Below are positions 17,037 through 26,222 of a stretch of 48,683 nucleotides of DNA, one piece after another (position 1 is the stretch's first letter; each line of letters opens with the position of its first letter). Under the pieces are notes generated by a model, which was not told the origin of the DNA, made no database searches, and saw nothing but the letters and a program-made list of their open reading frames with translations. The stretch spans positions 1 through 48,683 of IMG/VR virus record IMGVR_UViG_3300022177_000073; one strand, 5' to 3'. This DNA is from a virus. Its lineage: Duplodnaviria > Caudoviricetes. A program made the translations under genes and the position numbers.

Positions 17037-17798
17037 ATGGACGAATTAATCAGAATCAACTATGACAGTGAGCGCCCTACTGTGAATGGACGCGACCTTC
17101 ACGCAGCCCTTTGTGTTGGCAGCAATTACACAACTTGGTTCAAGCGTATGTGTGAGTACGGATTTACTCAGGGAACAGATTTTGAAGCTGTCTTCCAAAA
17201 ATGGAATACAGCCCAGGGCAATGAAACTGTACAGACAGACCATCAGCTTACCATCGACATGGCAAAGCAACTCTGTATGATTCAGCGTACTGATATCGGC
17301 AGGAAGTTCCGCCAGTATTTCATCCAGGTGGAAGAAGCGTGGAATTCGCCGGAAGCAGTCATGGCGAGAGCGTTGCAGTTTGCCAATCAGCAGCTTGCTC
17401 TTTTGAAACACCAAAACATGGAACTGACAGGCACCATTGCCGTGCAGAATCAGCAAATTTTGGAAATGCAACCGAAAGTCAGTTATTACGATGTGGTTCT
17501 TAATTGTAAAGACCTCATCTCTACATCAGCCATCGCAAAGGACTATGGAAAGTCTGCTATCTGGATGAACCGTTATCTCCACGAAAAAGGAGTGCAGTTC
17601 AAGCAGGGAGACATTTGGCTGTTGTATCAGAAATATGCACAGAAGGGTTACACAAGCACCAAGACCCACAGCTATCCGGGTTCTGATGGAGAAACCCATA
17701 CAAAGGTGCATACCTACTGGACACAGAAGGGTCGACTTTTTATCTACGAACTTATGAAATCGGACGGCATAAAGCCTCTGATTGAGCAGGAGGTGTAA
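17037..17798 (+). CDS. Phage antirepressor (AntA N-terminal + KilAC/ANT C-terminal)
   Basis: VNGRDLH...YTTWFKRMCEYGF...DMAKQLCMIQR; C-terminal PKVSYYD...IAKDYG...WTQKGRLFI. Confidence 0.9.
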   Translation: MDELIRINYDSERPTVNGRDLHAALCVGSNYTTWFKRMCEYGFTQGTDFEAVFQKWNTAQGNETVQTDHQLTIDMAKQLCMIQRTDIGRKFRQYFIQVEEAWNSPEAVMARALQFANQQLALLKHQNMELTGTIAVQNQQILEMQPKVSYYDVVLNCKDLISTSAIAKDYGKSAIWMNRYLHEKGVQFKQGDIWLLYQKYAQKGYTSTKTHSYPGSDGETHTKVHTYWTQKGRLFIYELMKSDGIKPLIEQEV

Positions 17799-17802
17799 TG
17801 CA

Positions 17803-18231
17803 ATGGGAATCGATAGATACAATTCCGAGGGTTACTATGACCCAACCAGTTATGAAGCTCTTACCAATGTGGCAAAGGCGGACAGACAGTCTGCTTTTCG
17901 CCCTTTGGTGTATATCTGTTCTCCGTTTTCCGGGGATACGAAGCACAACACGGAGCAGGCAAGGAAATATAGCCGTTTTGCTTATGAGCAGAAAGCAATT
18001 CCTCTCACACCGCATTTGTTATATCCACAGTTTATGGAAGATGAAAATCCAACGGAGCGTGAGGATGCGATACATTTTAATTATGTGCTGCTTGGAAAGT
18101 GTAATGAATTATGGGTATTCGGTGATGTGATTTCCAGGGGCATGGCTCACGAAATCGGTGTAGCCAAAAAGAGGAAACAGACTATCCGTTGGTTCAACGA
18201 AAACTGTGAGGAGGTTAGCAAGAATGCGTGA
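17803..18231 (+). CDS. DUF4406-like / nucleoside deoxyribosyltransferase-like protein
   Basis: LVYICSPFSG...PHLLYPQF...CNELWVFG...SRGMAHEI pattern. Confidence 0.7.
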   Translation: MGIDRYNSEGYYDPTSYEALTNVAKADRQSAFRPLVYICSPFSGDTKHNTEQARKYSRFAYEQKAIPLTPHLLYPQFMEDENPTEREDAIHFNYVLLGKCNELWVFGDVISRGMAHEIGVAKKRKQTIRWFNENCEEVSKNA

Positions 18232-20572
18232 TTTAAATATAGCATACGGCAACAGCCGACAGGCAAAGACCTGGGTCAATAAAACCATCGACTTTGATGA
18301 ATTAAAGGAACGCTTGAAAGTTACCATCCGTACCCCGGAGTCAGCGGAAGAATACGCCAAGATGAATAAGGCACAGCGTGATCTGGCAAAAGACCACGGT
18401 GGGTTTGTAGGCGGTGTCCTTAAGGGCGGCCGCAGAAAAATCGACACCGTGGAGTCACGCTCCATGCTTTCCCTGGACGGTGACCGCATTACAACGGAGT
18501 TCCTTGAAAACTATGAAACTGCATTCCCTTATACTTCCGTGCTTTATACCACGCACAGCAGTACAGAGGAAAATCCAAGGGCAAGAATCGTCTGCCCTCT
18601 GACCCGTGATGTAACACCGGAAGAGTTTGTTGCCGTATCCCGTTATGTGGCGGATATGCTGGGCATCGACTATTTTGACGAGTGTTCCTATCTTCCCAAT
18701 CAGTTAATGTACTGGCCGTCCACTCCGCAGAACGGTGTATTTGCATATAAGGAAACAAACGGCGGTTGGCTTGACCCCGATGCAATCTTAAATGCCCATC
18801 CAGAATGGACTGACCCGACAAGACTGCCTACCTCCTCAAGGGAAAGTAAGGCAAACAGTGTCACGCAGCAGAAGGTGCAGGACCCGCTTTCCAAGGAAAG
18901 TGTGGTGGGTCTTTTCAACCGTGTCTACCATCCGATTTCCAAGGCTCTGGAGATTTTCCTCTCCGATGTATATGAGCCGACTGACAATGAGAGCCGTTGG
19001 CATTTCATCCAGTCAAGCAGTATGGCGGGCGTGGAAATCAAAGAGGATAAGTTTGTCTACAGCCACCATGCCAAAGACCCCGCATATCTGAAACTGTGCA
19101 ATGCCTTTGACATTGTCCGTATCCATAAGTTCGGTGATGCCGATGATAAAAAATCCTTTAACGCTATGTGCGAGTTTGCCATGCAGCAGGACGAAGTAAA
19201 ACTCCTTGCTGCCAATGAACGCCTTGCACAGGCGAATGTGGAATTTTCCATTGACGGTGATGAGGACTGGAAGAAGAAACTCCGCTATCAGCCGAGGTCG
19301 AGCCTGTTGGAGAACAGCGTATACAATCTGAACCTCATTCTGAATAATGACCCTGATTTCCAGAACTTTGCTTTCAATGAAATGGCAAACCGTATTCAGA
19401 TTACGGGTCCTCTCCCTTGGGAGCGTCCTGCGGGCAATTCATTCTGGCGTGATGCGGATACGGCACAGCTTAAGTCCATCATTGACATCCGCTATCTGCC
19501 GTTTTCCAGCCGTAACCACGATGTTGCCTTTACCAAGGCTGCCGATGACCGTCACTTCCACCCTGTCCGTGATTATTTGGATAGTCTGCCGGAGTGGGAT
19601 GGGGTCAAGCGTGTGGAAGACCTCTTTATCAAATATCTGCAGGCGGATGATACGGAATATGTACGCACGGTTACAAGAAAGACCTTTGCAGCGGCTGTTG
19701 CCCGTATCTATGTTCCCGGCATTAAGTTTGACTGCGTTCCCGTGCTTGACGGTGAGCAAGGTATCGGTAAGTCCACCATTGTAAAAGACCTTGTGGGTTC
19801 GGAGTATTATTCGGAAACCCTGTCCCTTACGGATATGGATGATAAGTCCGGTGCGGAAAAACTGCAGGGATTTTGGGCGGTGGAAATCGGAGAACTGGCA
19901 GGCATGAAGAAAGCCGACATCGAGAAAGTGAAGGCGTTCCTTTCCACCTGCGATGATAAATACCGTCCTTCCTACGGTCGAGTGGTGGAATCACATCCGA
20001 GACAGTGCATTATCATTGCCACGGTCAACGGCGAGCGTGGATATCTGCGTGATATTACGGGTAACCGCCGTTTTTGGATTATCAAGGTGCATCAGAAGAA
20101 ACAGAAAAAGACCTGGAACTTTACCGATGAATACCGTCAGCAGTTCTGGGCGGAGGCAAAAGCCATCTGGAAGTCCGGCGAGAAACTGTTCCTTGAAGGC
20201 GATGTGCTTGCGGAATCCGAGAAGGTGCAGCAGTCTGCGATGGAAGTAGACGAGCGTGTTGGTATGGTGGAAGAGTATCTGAATGCCTTACTGCCGACCG
20301 ATTGGGACAGCATGGATTTGTACCAGAGACGCAACTTCCTGCAAGGCAGTGAGTTCGGACAGCCTGATCATAAAGGTACGGTGGTACGCACGGAGGTCAG
20401 CAATCCGGAAATCTGGTGCGAGTGCTTTGGTAAGAATCTGCAGGAACTGAAACCTTCGGACAGCTATGCCATTGCAGCACTGATGAGTCAGATTTGCGGT
20501 TGGGAGCGAACCAACGCTATCAAGCGTCAGCCGATTTATGGCAGGCAGCGACTTTACAAATTCGGAGGCTAA
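18224..20572 (+). CDS. VapE/VirE-family primase-helicase
   Basis: N-terminal primase-like region (LSLDGD, YTTHSS); Walker A GEQGIGKS; LRDITGNRRFW. Confidence 0.9.
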   Translation: MRDLNIAYGNSRQAKTWVNKTIDFDELKERLKVTIRTPESAEEYAKMNKAQRDLAKDHGGFVGGVLKGGRRKIDTVESRSMLSLDGDRITTEFLENYETAFPYTSVLYTTHSSTEENPRARIVCPLTRDVTPEEFVAVSRYVADMLGIDYFDECSYLPNQLMYWPSTPQNGVFAYKETNGGWLDPDAILNAHPEWTDPTRLPTSSRESKANSVTQQKVQDPLSKESVVGLFNRVYHPISKALEIFLSDVYEPTDNESRWHFIQSSSMAGVEIKEDKFVYSHHAKDPAYLKLCNAFDIVRIHKFGDADDKKSFNAMCEFAMQQDEVKLLAANERLAQANVEFSIDGDEDWKKKLRYQPRSSLLENSVYNLNLILNNDPDFQNFAFNEMANRIQITGPLPWERPAGNSFWRDADTAQLKSIIDIRYLPFSSRNHDVAFTKAADDRHFHPVRDYLDSLPEWDGVKRVEDLFIKYLQADDTEYVRTVTRKTFAAAVARIYVPGIKFDCVPVLDGEQGIGKSTIVKDLVGSEYYSETLSLTDMDDKSGAEKLQGFWAVEIGELAGMKKADIEKVKAFLSTCDDKYRPSYGRVVESHPRQCIIIATVNGERGYLRDITGNRRFWIIKVHQKKQKKTWNFTDEYRQQFWAEAKAIWKSGEKLFLEGDVLAESEKVQQSAMEVDERVGMVEEYLNALLPTDWDSMDLYQRRNFLQGSEFGQPDHKGTVVRTEVSNPEIWCECFGKNLQELKPSDSYAIAALMSQICGWERTNAIKRQPIYGRQRLYKFGG

Positions 20573-20710
20573 GAACACAAGATTGCGACACAACACAACT
20601 ATTTCCCTTATATTCAAAATGGCTTTTATTAAGGGTATAAGTGAAAAACACCTGCGTATAGGCGCGTAAGGAATATATAGGGAATGGTTGTGATTTTGTG
20701 TTCTTGTGTC
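20571..20710. repeat. Imperfect inverted repeat with CACAA iterons (candidate replication origin)
   Basis: Left arm GAACACAA...GACACAACACAACTATTTCCCTTATATTC; right arm GAATATATAGGGAATGGTTGTGATTTTGTGTTCTTGTGTC. Confidence 0.55.
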
Positions 20711-20725
20711 AAATGAGGTGTAGAC

Positions 20726-21007
20726 ATGAGAGAACAGTTTATAGAGAAAAAATTCACGGACGCAGTGAAGAAAATGGGAGGCATCGCACCGAAGTTTGTA
20801 AGTCCGGGTTTAGATGGTGTGCCTGACCGTCTTGTGCTTTTGCCAATGGGAAGAATGGCTTTTGTGGAATTTAAGGCTCCAGGCAAAAAGATGCGTCCTT
20901 TACAGATAAGACGAAAAAAACAGTTGGAAAGCCTCGGTTTTAAGGTTTTCTGCGTTGACAGTGTAGAACAGATTGGAGGTGTGACCCGTGCAATACAATC
21001 CTCATGA
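20726..21007 (+). CDS. VRR-NUC domain nuclease
   Basis: GVPDRLVL...FVEFKAPG...PLQ. Confidence 0.9.
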   Translation: MREQFIEKKFTDAVKKMGGIAPKFVSPGLDGVPDRLVLLPMGRMAFVEFKAPGKKMRPLQIRRKKQLESLGFKVFCVDSVEQIGGVTRAIQSS

Positions 21008-22343
21008 GTATCAGACCTATGCAACAAACTTCATATTGGAACATCCGGTGGCGGCAGTTCTCCTTGAGATGGGTCTTGGCAAGAGCGTTATCACACTGAC
21101 TGCCATTTACGAACTGATGCTGAACCGCTTTGAGGTACAGAAGGTTTTGGTGATTGCACCCCTTCGTGTGGCAAGGGATACCTGGCCTGCGGAGATTGAA
21201 AAGTGGGAGCATCTGACGGGTCTTACCTATTCGGTGGCAATCGGAACGGAGGCAGAAAGGCTTGCAGCCTTAAGACGTCCGGCACACCTGTACTTAATCA
21301 ATCGAGAAAATGTTGACTGGCTGATTACAAAAAGCGGTATCCCCTTTGATTTTGACATGGTGGTGATTGATGAACTTTCTTCTTTTAAGTCCCATGCGGC
21401 GAAAAGGTTCAAAAGCCTTTTAAAGGTAAGACCAACGGTAAAAAGGGTGGTGGGACTTACGGGTACTCCTTCCAGTAACGGTCTGATGGATTTGTGGGCA
21501 GAGTTCCGTATCCTGGATATGGGTCAGAGGCTTGGCAGATACATTACTCATTACCGAAATAATTTCTTTGTGCCGGACAAGAGAAATCAGCAGATGATTT
21601 TCTCCTACAAGCCAAGAGCAGGTGCGGAAGATGCAATTTACAGATTGATTTCGGATATTACGATTTCCATGAAATCAGCGGATTTTCTAAAAATGCCGGA
21701 ATGCATTATAAACGAAGTCCCTGTTGCCCTTTCGGAAAAAGAGTGGTCGGTGTACCAGGCATTGAAGGAAGATATGGTGGTAGACCTTAAGGATGAGGAA
21801 ATTGATGCCGTAAACGCTACAGTACTTTCCGGGAAACTTCTTCAGATGGCAAACGGTGCCGTCTATAACGAAGAAAAAGATATCATTCATATTCATGACC
21901 GAAAACTGGATGCCTTGGAGGATTTGATTGAGGGTGCAAACGGAAAGCCTGTGCTTGTGGCATATTGGTACAACCATGATTTACAGAGAATTAAGGAGCG
22001 TTTTTCGGTAAGGGAAATAAAAACAAGCCAGGATATCAAAGATTGGAACAACGGAGATATCCCCGTTGCCGTTATCCATCCTGCCAGTGTAGGACACGGC
22101 TTAAATATCCAGTTCGGCGGTTCTACGATTATATGGTTTGGGTTGACCTGGTCACTGGAACTTTATCAGCAGACCAACGCCCGCTTGTGGAGACAGGGTC
22201 AAAAGAGTACCGTGGTCATCCACCACATTATTGCAAAAGACACCATTGACGAGGATGTTATGAAGGCACTTCGGAAGAAGGAGAAAATCCAATCGGCACT
22301 GATTGATTCCGTAAAGGCAAGAATTGGAGGTGCTGCCCATTGA
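20988..22343 (+). CDS. SNF2-family helicase
   Basis: MGLGKS, VIDELS, GLTGTP, GHGLN, QTNARLWRQGQ; GTG start. Confidence 0.9.
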   Translation: MQYNPHEYQTYATNFILEHPVAAVLLEMGLGKSVITLTAIYELMLNRFEVQKVLVIAPLRVARDTWPAEIEKWEHLTGLTYSVAIGTEAERLAALRRPAHLYLINRENVDWLITKSGIPFDFDMVVIDELSSFKSHAAKRFKSLLKVRPTVKRVVGLTGTPSSNGLMDLWAEFRILDMGQRLGRYITHYRNNFFVPDKRNQQMIFSYKPRAGAEDAIYRLISDITISMKSADFLKMPECIINEVPVALSEKEWSVYQALKEDMVVDLKDEEIDAVNATVLSGKLLQMANGAVYNEEKDIIHIHDRKLDALEDLIEGANGKPVLVAYWYNHDLQRIKERFSVREIKTSQDIKDWNNGDIPVAVIHPASVGHGLNIQFGGSTIIWFGLTWSLELYQQTNARLWRQGQKSTVVIHHIIAKDTIDEDVMKALRKKEKIQSALIDSVKARIGGAAH

Positions 22344-22564
22344 CCGACCCTTATGAAAATCTTGCAAACAGCATCGTCCTATTAGCCGTAAAGGACTACA
22401 GGGCAGCAATTAAGAAACTGAAAAAATGGCCCAGAAACGAGTCAGCCAAAATCATGAAAGATGAGGTGGAGAGGTTCTTCCGCTCTGCGTGGTATAGGGA
22501 ACTTACCTCAGTGGATGGAGAGTATTTAATCTCCAAATTACAAGCGGAGGTGGAAGAATCGTGA
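22340..22564 (+). CDS. Hypothetical phage protein
   Basis: GGAGG RBS, TTG start, translationally coupled on both sides. Confidence 0.75.
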   Translation: MTDPYENLANSIVLLAVKDYRAAIKKLKKWPRNESAKIMKDEVERFFRSAWYRELTSVDGEYLISKLQAEVEES

Positions 22565-22986
22565 AAGTAAAGGAATATTTAGGCCAGGCATACAGACTGG
22601 ACCAGAGAATCAACTCGGATATTGAGGAACTTGGAAAACTTAGGGAAATGTCGAGCTGTATTTCTTCTCCCACATGGGAGGAGCGTGTGCAGACATCGAG
22701 AAATACGGATGCCCCTTTTGTACGAAGCGTTTTTAAGATTATGGAGTTGGAAGATAAAATCAACGCCGAAATCGACAACCTTGTGGAACTGAAAAAGCAA
22801 ATACGCACGGTTATTGATGAGGTTGCCAATACCGATGAGCGTATGGTCCTTCGTTACCGCTATATCCACAACCTTACCTGGGAGCAGATTGGGGATGAAC
22901 TCCATGCCGACAGAACTACGGTGTACCGTTGGCATAACAGTGCCATCAACCATGTAACTATGCCGGAAAATCCAATCAAAATATAA
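22561..22986 (+). CDS. RinA/ArpU-like (DUF1492-type) late transcriptional activator
   Basis: KEYLGQAYRLD N-terminus; ERMVLRYRYIHNLTWEQIGDELHADRTTVYRWH HTH; last gene before the packaging module. Confidence 0.8.
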   Translation: MKVKEYLGQAYRLDQRINSDIEELGKLREMSSCISSPTWEERVQTSRNTDAPFVRSVFKIMELEDKINAEIDNLVELKKQIRTVIDEVANTDERMVLRYRYIHNLTWEQIGDELHADRTTVYRWHNSAINHVTMPENPIKI

Positions 22987-22990
22987 TGTC

Positions 22991-23050
22991 TGCACACTTT
23001 GCAACACTTTGCAACAAGATACCACAGTGGCATTTATGATATGATATAAT
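22991..23050 (+). promoter_or_regulatory. Putative late promoter with ~10-bp direct repeats
   Basis: TGCACACTT TGCAACACTT TGCAACAAGA repeats, then TG-n-TATAAT (23042-23050) with no consensus -35. Confidence 0.6.
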
Positions 23051-23129
23051 CAGCAAAAAGCAGAATGAAACCAAGCCTTGAGGGAGAAATCTTTCAGGGC
23101 TTTTCTTATGCCCAAGGGAGGTGAAACAA

Positions 23130-23489
23130 TTGCCAAAAAGACCAAAGCGACCGTGTTCTTTCCCAGGCTGTCCCAACCTAACGGACGGAAGGTTCTGTGA
23201 GGAACATGAAAAGCAGGAAAACAAACGCTACGAAACCTATGACCGTGACCCCGCTGTGCGTAAACGCTACGGCAGAGCATGGAAAAGGATAAGAGATTCG
23301 TATGCTGCCGCCCACCCGCTGTGTGAGATGTGCCAGGCTGAAGGAAAACTTACACCAACGGAAGAGATACATCATAAGCTGCCCCTGTCCAAGGGCGGAA
23401 CTCATGCGAGAGAAAACTTGATTGCTCTTTGTAAGCCGTGCCATGCTAAGATTCACGCAGAAAGTGGCGACCGTTGGCATAATTACTGA
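23130..23489 (+). CDS. HNH endonuclease (terminase-associated)
   Basis: PLCEMC...EIHHKLPLSKGGTH...NLIALCKPCHAKIH; GGAGGTG RBS, TTG start. Confidence 0.9.
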   Translation: MPKRPKRPCSFPGCPNLTDGRFCEEHEKQENKRYETYDRDPAVRKRYGRAWKRIRDSYAAAHPLCEMCQAEGKLTPTEEIHHKLPLSKGGTHARENLIALCKPCHAKIHAESGDRWHNY

Positions 23490-23580
23490 CCCCGGTAGGG
23501 GCGGTCAAATCTCCTGGACCAATATGGCGTGCAACGGGCGTGGGGTTTCGTGTGAAAAAATTGCGAAATCAAAAGGGTAA
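23490..23580. other. Possible cos region
   Basis: GC-rich intergenic tract between HNH and terS, the usual cos position in HNH-assisted cos phages; cut site not determinable. Confidence 0.35.
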
Positions 23581-23612
23581 TAAGGCCCGCAGACAGAAAG
23601 GCGGTGAGAATC

Positions 23613-24161
23613 GTGCCAACAAAATCGAATAACACAGGCGGCCGTGGCGGAAAACGTCCGGGTGCAGGTCGTAAGCCGAAGTCCAATCTGGAAAAGGCAC
23701 AGAACGGCAACCCCGGCGGTCGCAAACTAACGATGCTGGATATCCCCGATGTGGAAGGTATCCAGATGCCGAAACCAAATGAACTGCTCAGTGCAAAGCA
23801 GCGTGACGGTACGGAACTGAGAGCAAAGCAGATTTATGAGGATACATGGAACTGGCTCAATTCCATCGGTTGTGCGGGTTATGTTTCCCCACAGACCATT
23901 GAACGTTATGCCATGTGCGTTGCCCGTTGGCTACAATGCGAGGAGATGACAAACGAGCTGGGATTCTTATCAAAGCATCCTACAACCGGAAAGCCTGTCA
24001 CCTCTCCATTCATCAACATCGGCATCAACTATATGAACCAAGCTTCAAGGCAGTGGGACAACATCATGCAAATCGTAAAAGAAAACTGTTCCGTGGATTT
24101 CTCCGGTACCAATCCGAATGATGACCTGGAACGACTATTGCACCAACGAAAGGGGTTTTAA
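23613..24161 (+). CDS. terS: Terminase small subunit (P27 family)
   Basis: GGRGGKRPGAGRKPK, GNPGGR, YAMCVARW, SPFINI; follows the HNH gene. Confidence 0.85.
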   Translation: MPTKSNNTGGRGGKRPGAGRKPKSNLEKAQNGNPGGRKLTMLDIPDVEGIQMPKPNELLSAKQRDGTELRAKQIYEDTWNWLNSIGCAGYVSPQTIERYAMCVARWLQCEEMTNELGFLSKHPTTGKPVTSPFINIGINYMNQASRQWDNIMQIVKENCSVDFSGTNPNDDLERLLHQRKGF

Positions 24162-24163
24162 CC

Positions 24164-24946
24164 ATGATTGAAAAAGTAAATCCGAGCCATCCGGACAAGG
24201 TGGCAGACAGAATCGCAGGAGCCATTGTGGATCTGGCTTATGCAAAAGAAGAAAATCCGAAAATCGCAGTGGAGGTTCTCATCGGTCACGGTGTGTGCCA
24301 TGCCATTATTGAAACCACGGCAGATTTGGATAAAGCAGAAATTATAAACGCTGTGCATCGCATCGCAGGTGTGATGGATACGGACATTGTTATCGTTCCC
24401 CAGGATAAGCACCTGTCAAACAATCAGAAGGACGGCATTCGCTGTGGGGATAACGGTATCTTCAAGGGTATGCCTCTGACACAGGAGCAGGAGGAACTTT
24501 CCCGCATTGCCCGTGACATTTACGGCAGATGCCCTTATGACGGAAAGTACATTATGGACGGTGTTCGCCTGATCATCTGCCAGAGCAATGTGGAAACGGC
24601 AGATTTGAAGAGACTCTATTCCGGTGCGGAAATCAATCCTCTCGGTGACTGGACCGGAGGCACGGATGTGGATACGGGTGCTATCAACCGTAAACTTGGC
24701 AGTGATATGGCTGACTCTGTTACAGGCGGCGGTCTTCACGGCAAAGACCTCAGTAAGGCGGATGTGTCTGTGAATGTGTATGCGTTCCTGAAAGCACAGA
24801 AAACCAAACAGCCTGTGCAGCTTTGCTGTGCCATTGGAGATGACACCATTGATGGCAAGCCTTATGCGGAAATCGTAGCCATTGCGAGAGAGTACATTCA
24901 GAACCTCGGTGGCTTTGAGAAGTTCGCTGAATGGGGTCTGTATTAA
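24164..24946 (+). CDS. metK: Compact S-adenosylmethionine synthetase-like protein
   Basis: EKVNPSHPDKVADRI (HPDK), GDNG, GGTDVDTGAINRKL and GGGLHGKDLSKAD match MetK signature regions. Confidence 0.85.
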   Translation: MIEKVNPSHPDKVADRIAGAIVDLAYAKEENPKIAVEVLIGHGVCHAIIETTADLDKAEIINAVHRIAGVMDTDIVIVPQDKHLSNNQKDGIRCGDNGIFKGMPLTQEQEELSRIARDIYGRCPYDGKYIMDGVRLIICQSNVETADLKRLYSGAEINPLGDWTGGTDVDTGAINRKLGSDMADSVTGGGLHGKDLSKADVSVNVYAFLKAQKTKQPVQLCCAIGDDTIDGKPYAEIVAIAREYIQNLGGFEKFAEWGLY

Positions 24947-24956
24947 GGAGGGCGCT

Positions 24957-26222
24957 ATGGGAAGAACAACAACGCAGATGGAACTTGTTTCCATTACAAA
25001 ATTAGTGCCGTATGTGAATAACGCCCGTACCCACTCCCCGGAGCAGATTATGAAGCTCCGTTCTTCGCTGCGAGAGTTCGGCTTTATCAATCCTGTCATT
25101 ATTGATAAGGATTACGGCATCATTGCCGGACACGGCCGTGTGATGGCTGCAAAGGAAGAAGGCATCGATGAAGTGCCTTGTGTTTTCGTGGACTATCTTA
25201 CCGAGGCACAGAAGAAAGCCTACATCCTTGCCGACAACCGTATGGCGCTTGACGCAGGATGGGATGAGGAAATGCTGAAAATCGAAATCGAGTCCTTGCA
25301 GGGCATGGATTTTGATATCGGTCTTGCAGGCTTTGACGATGACGAAATCGCAGACCTTTTTGCCGGAGATGATAAATCCGATGTGGAAGAGGACGATTTT
25401 GATTTAAGCGATGCCCTGGAAAAGGCTGCCTTTGTGGAGCGTGGCGATGTGTGGACGGTGGGCAGACACAGACTGATGTGCGGTGACGCCACCAATCCCG
25501 ATGATGTTGCTACGCTGATGGATGGCAAGAAAGCCAACCTTGTGCTGACCGACCCTCCGTATAATGTAGCCTTTGAAAGTTCCGATGGTCTGTCCATCAA
25601 AAACGATAAGATGGCAAGCGAGAAATTTTATGAATTTCTGCTTTCGGCATTTCAGAACATGGCTGCACACCTGGAAAAAGGCGGTGCCGCTTATGTGTTC
25701 CATGCCGACACGGAAGGCTTGAATTTCCGTAAGGCATTTATTGATGCAGGCTTTCATCTTTCCGGCTGTTGTATTTGGGTGAAAAATTCCCTGGTGCTTG
25801 GCAGAAGTGATTATCAGTGGCAGCACGAACCTGTGCTTTACGGTTTCCTTCAGAACGGCAAGCACTACTGGAGCAAAAACGCAGGCAGAAGCCAGACCAC
25901 CATCTGGAACTTTGATAAGCCGAAGAAAAATAAAAACCATCCGACTTCCAAGCCTCTTGACCTTTTGGCATATCCCATCGGCAATTCCAGTCGTGAGAAT
26001 TCCATTGTGGTCGACACCTTTGGTGGCAGCGGTTCTACGCTGATGGCTTGCGAGAAAACAAACCGTATCTGCCATACGATGGAGTTGGATGAAAAGTACG
26101 CATCGGTCATCCTCCGCAGATATGTGGAAGATACGGGTGATGCAGACGGTGTCTTTGTTATCCGTAACGGTGTGCAGATACCGTATGCCGACCTTGTGAA
26201 GGAGGTTGGCACAGATGAATAA
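24957..26222 (+). CDS. ParB-like N-domain + beta-class N6-A/N4-C DNA methyltransferase
   Basis: NNARTH...IIAGHGR ParB domain; TDPPY; HPTSKP; DTFGGSGST. Confidence 0.9.
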   Translation: MGRTTTQMELVSITKLVPYVNNARTHSPEQIMKLRSSLREFGFINPVIIDKDYGIIAGHGRVMAAKEEGIDEVPCVFVDYLTEAQKKAYILADNRMALDAGWDEEMLKIEIESLQGMDFDIGLAGFDDDEIADLFAGDDKSDVEEDDFDLSDALEKAAFVERGDVWTVGRHRLMCGDATNPDDVATLMDGKKANLVLTDPPYNVAFESSDGLSIKNDKMASEKFYEFLLSAFQNMAAHLEKGGAAYVFHADTEGLNFRKAFIDAGFHLSGCCIWVKNSLVLGRSDYQWQHEPVLYGFLQNGKHYWSKNAGRSQTTIWNFDKPKKNKNHPTSKPLDLLAYPIGNSSRENSIVVDTFGGSGSTLMACEKTNRICHTMELDEKYASVILRRYVEDTGDADGVFVIRNGVQIPYADLVKEVGTDE

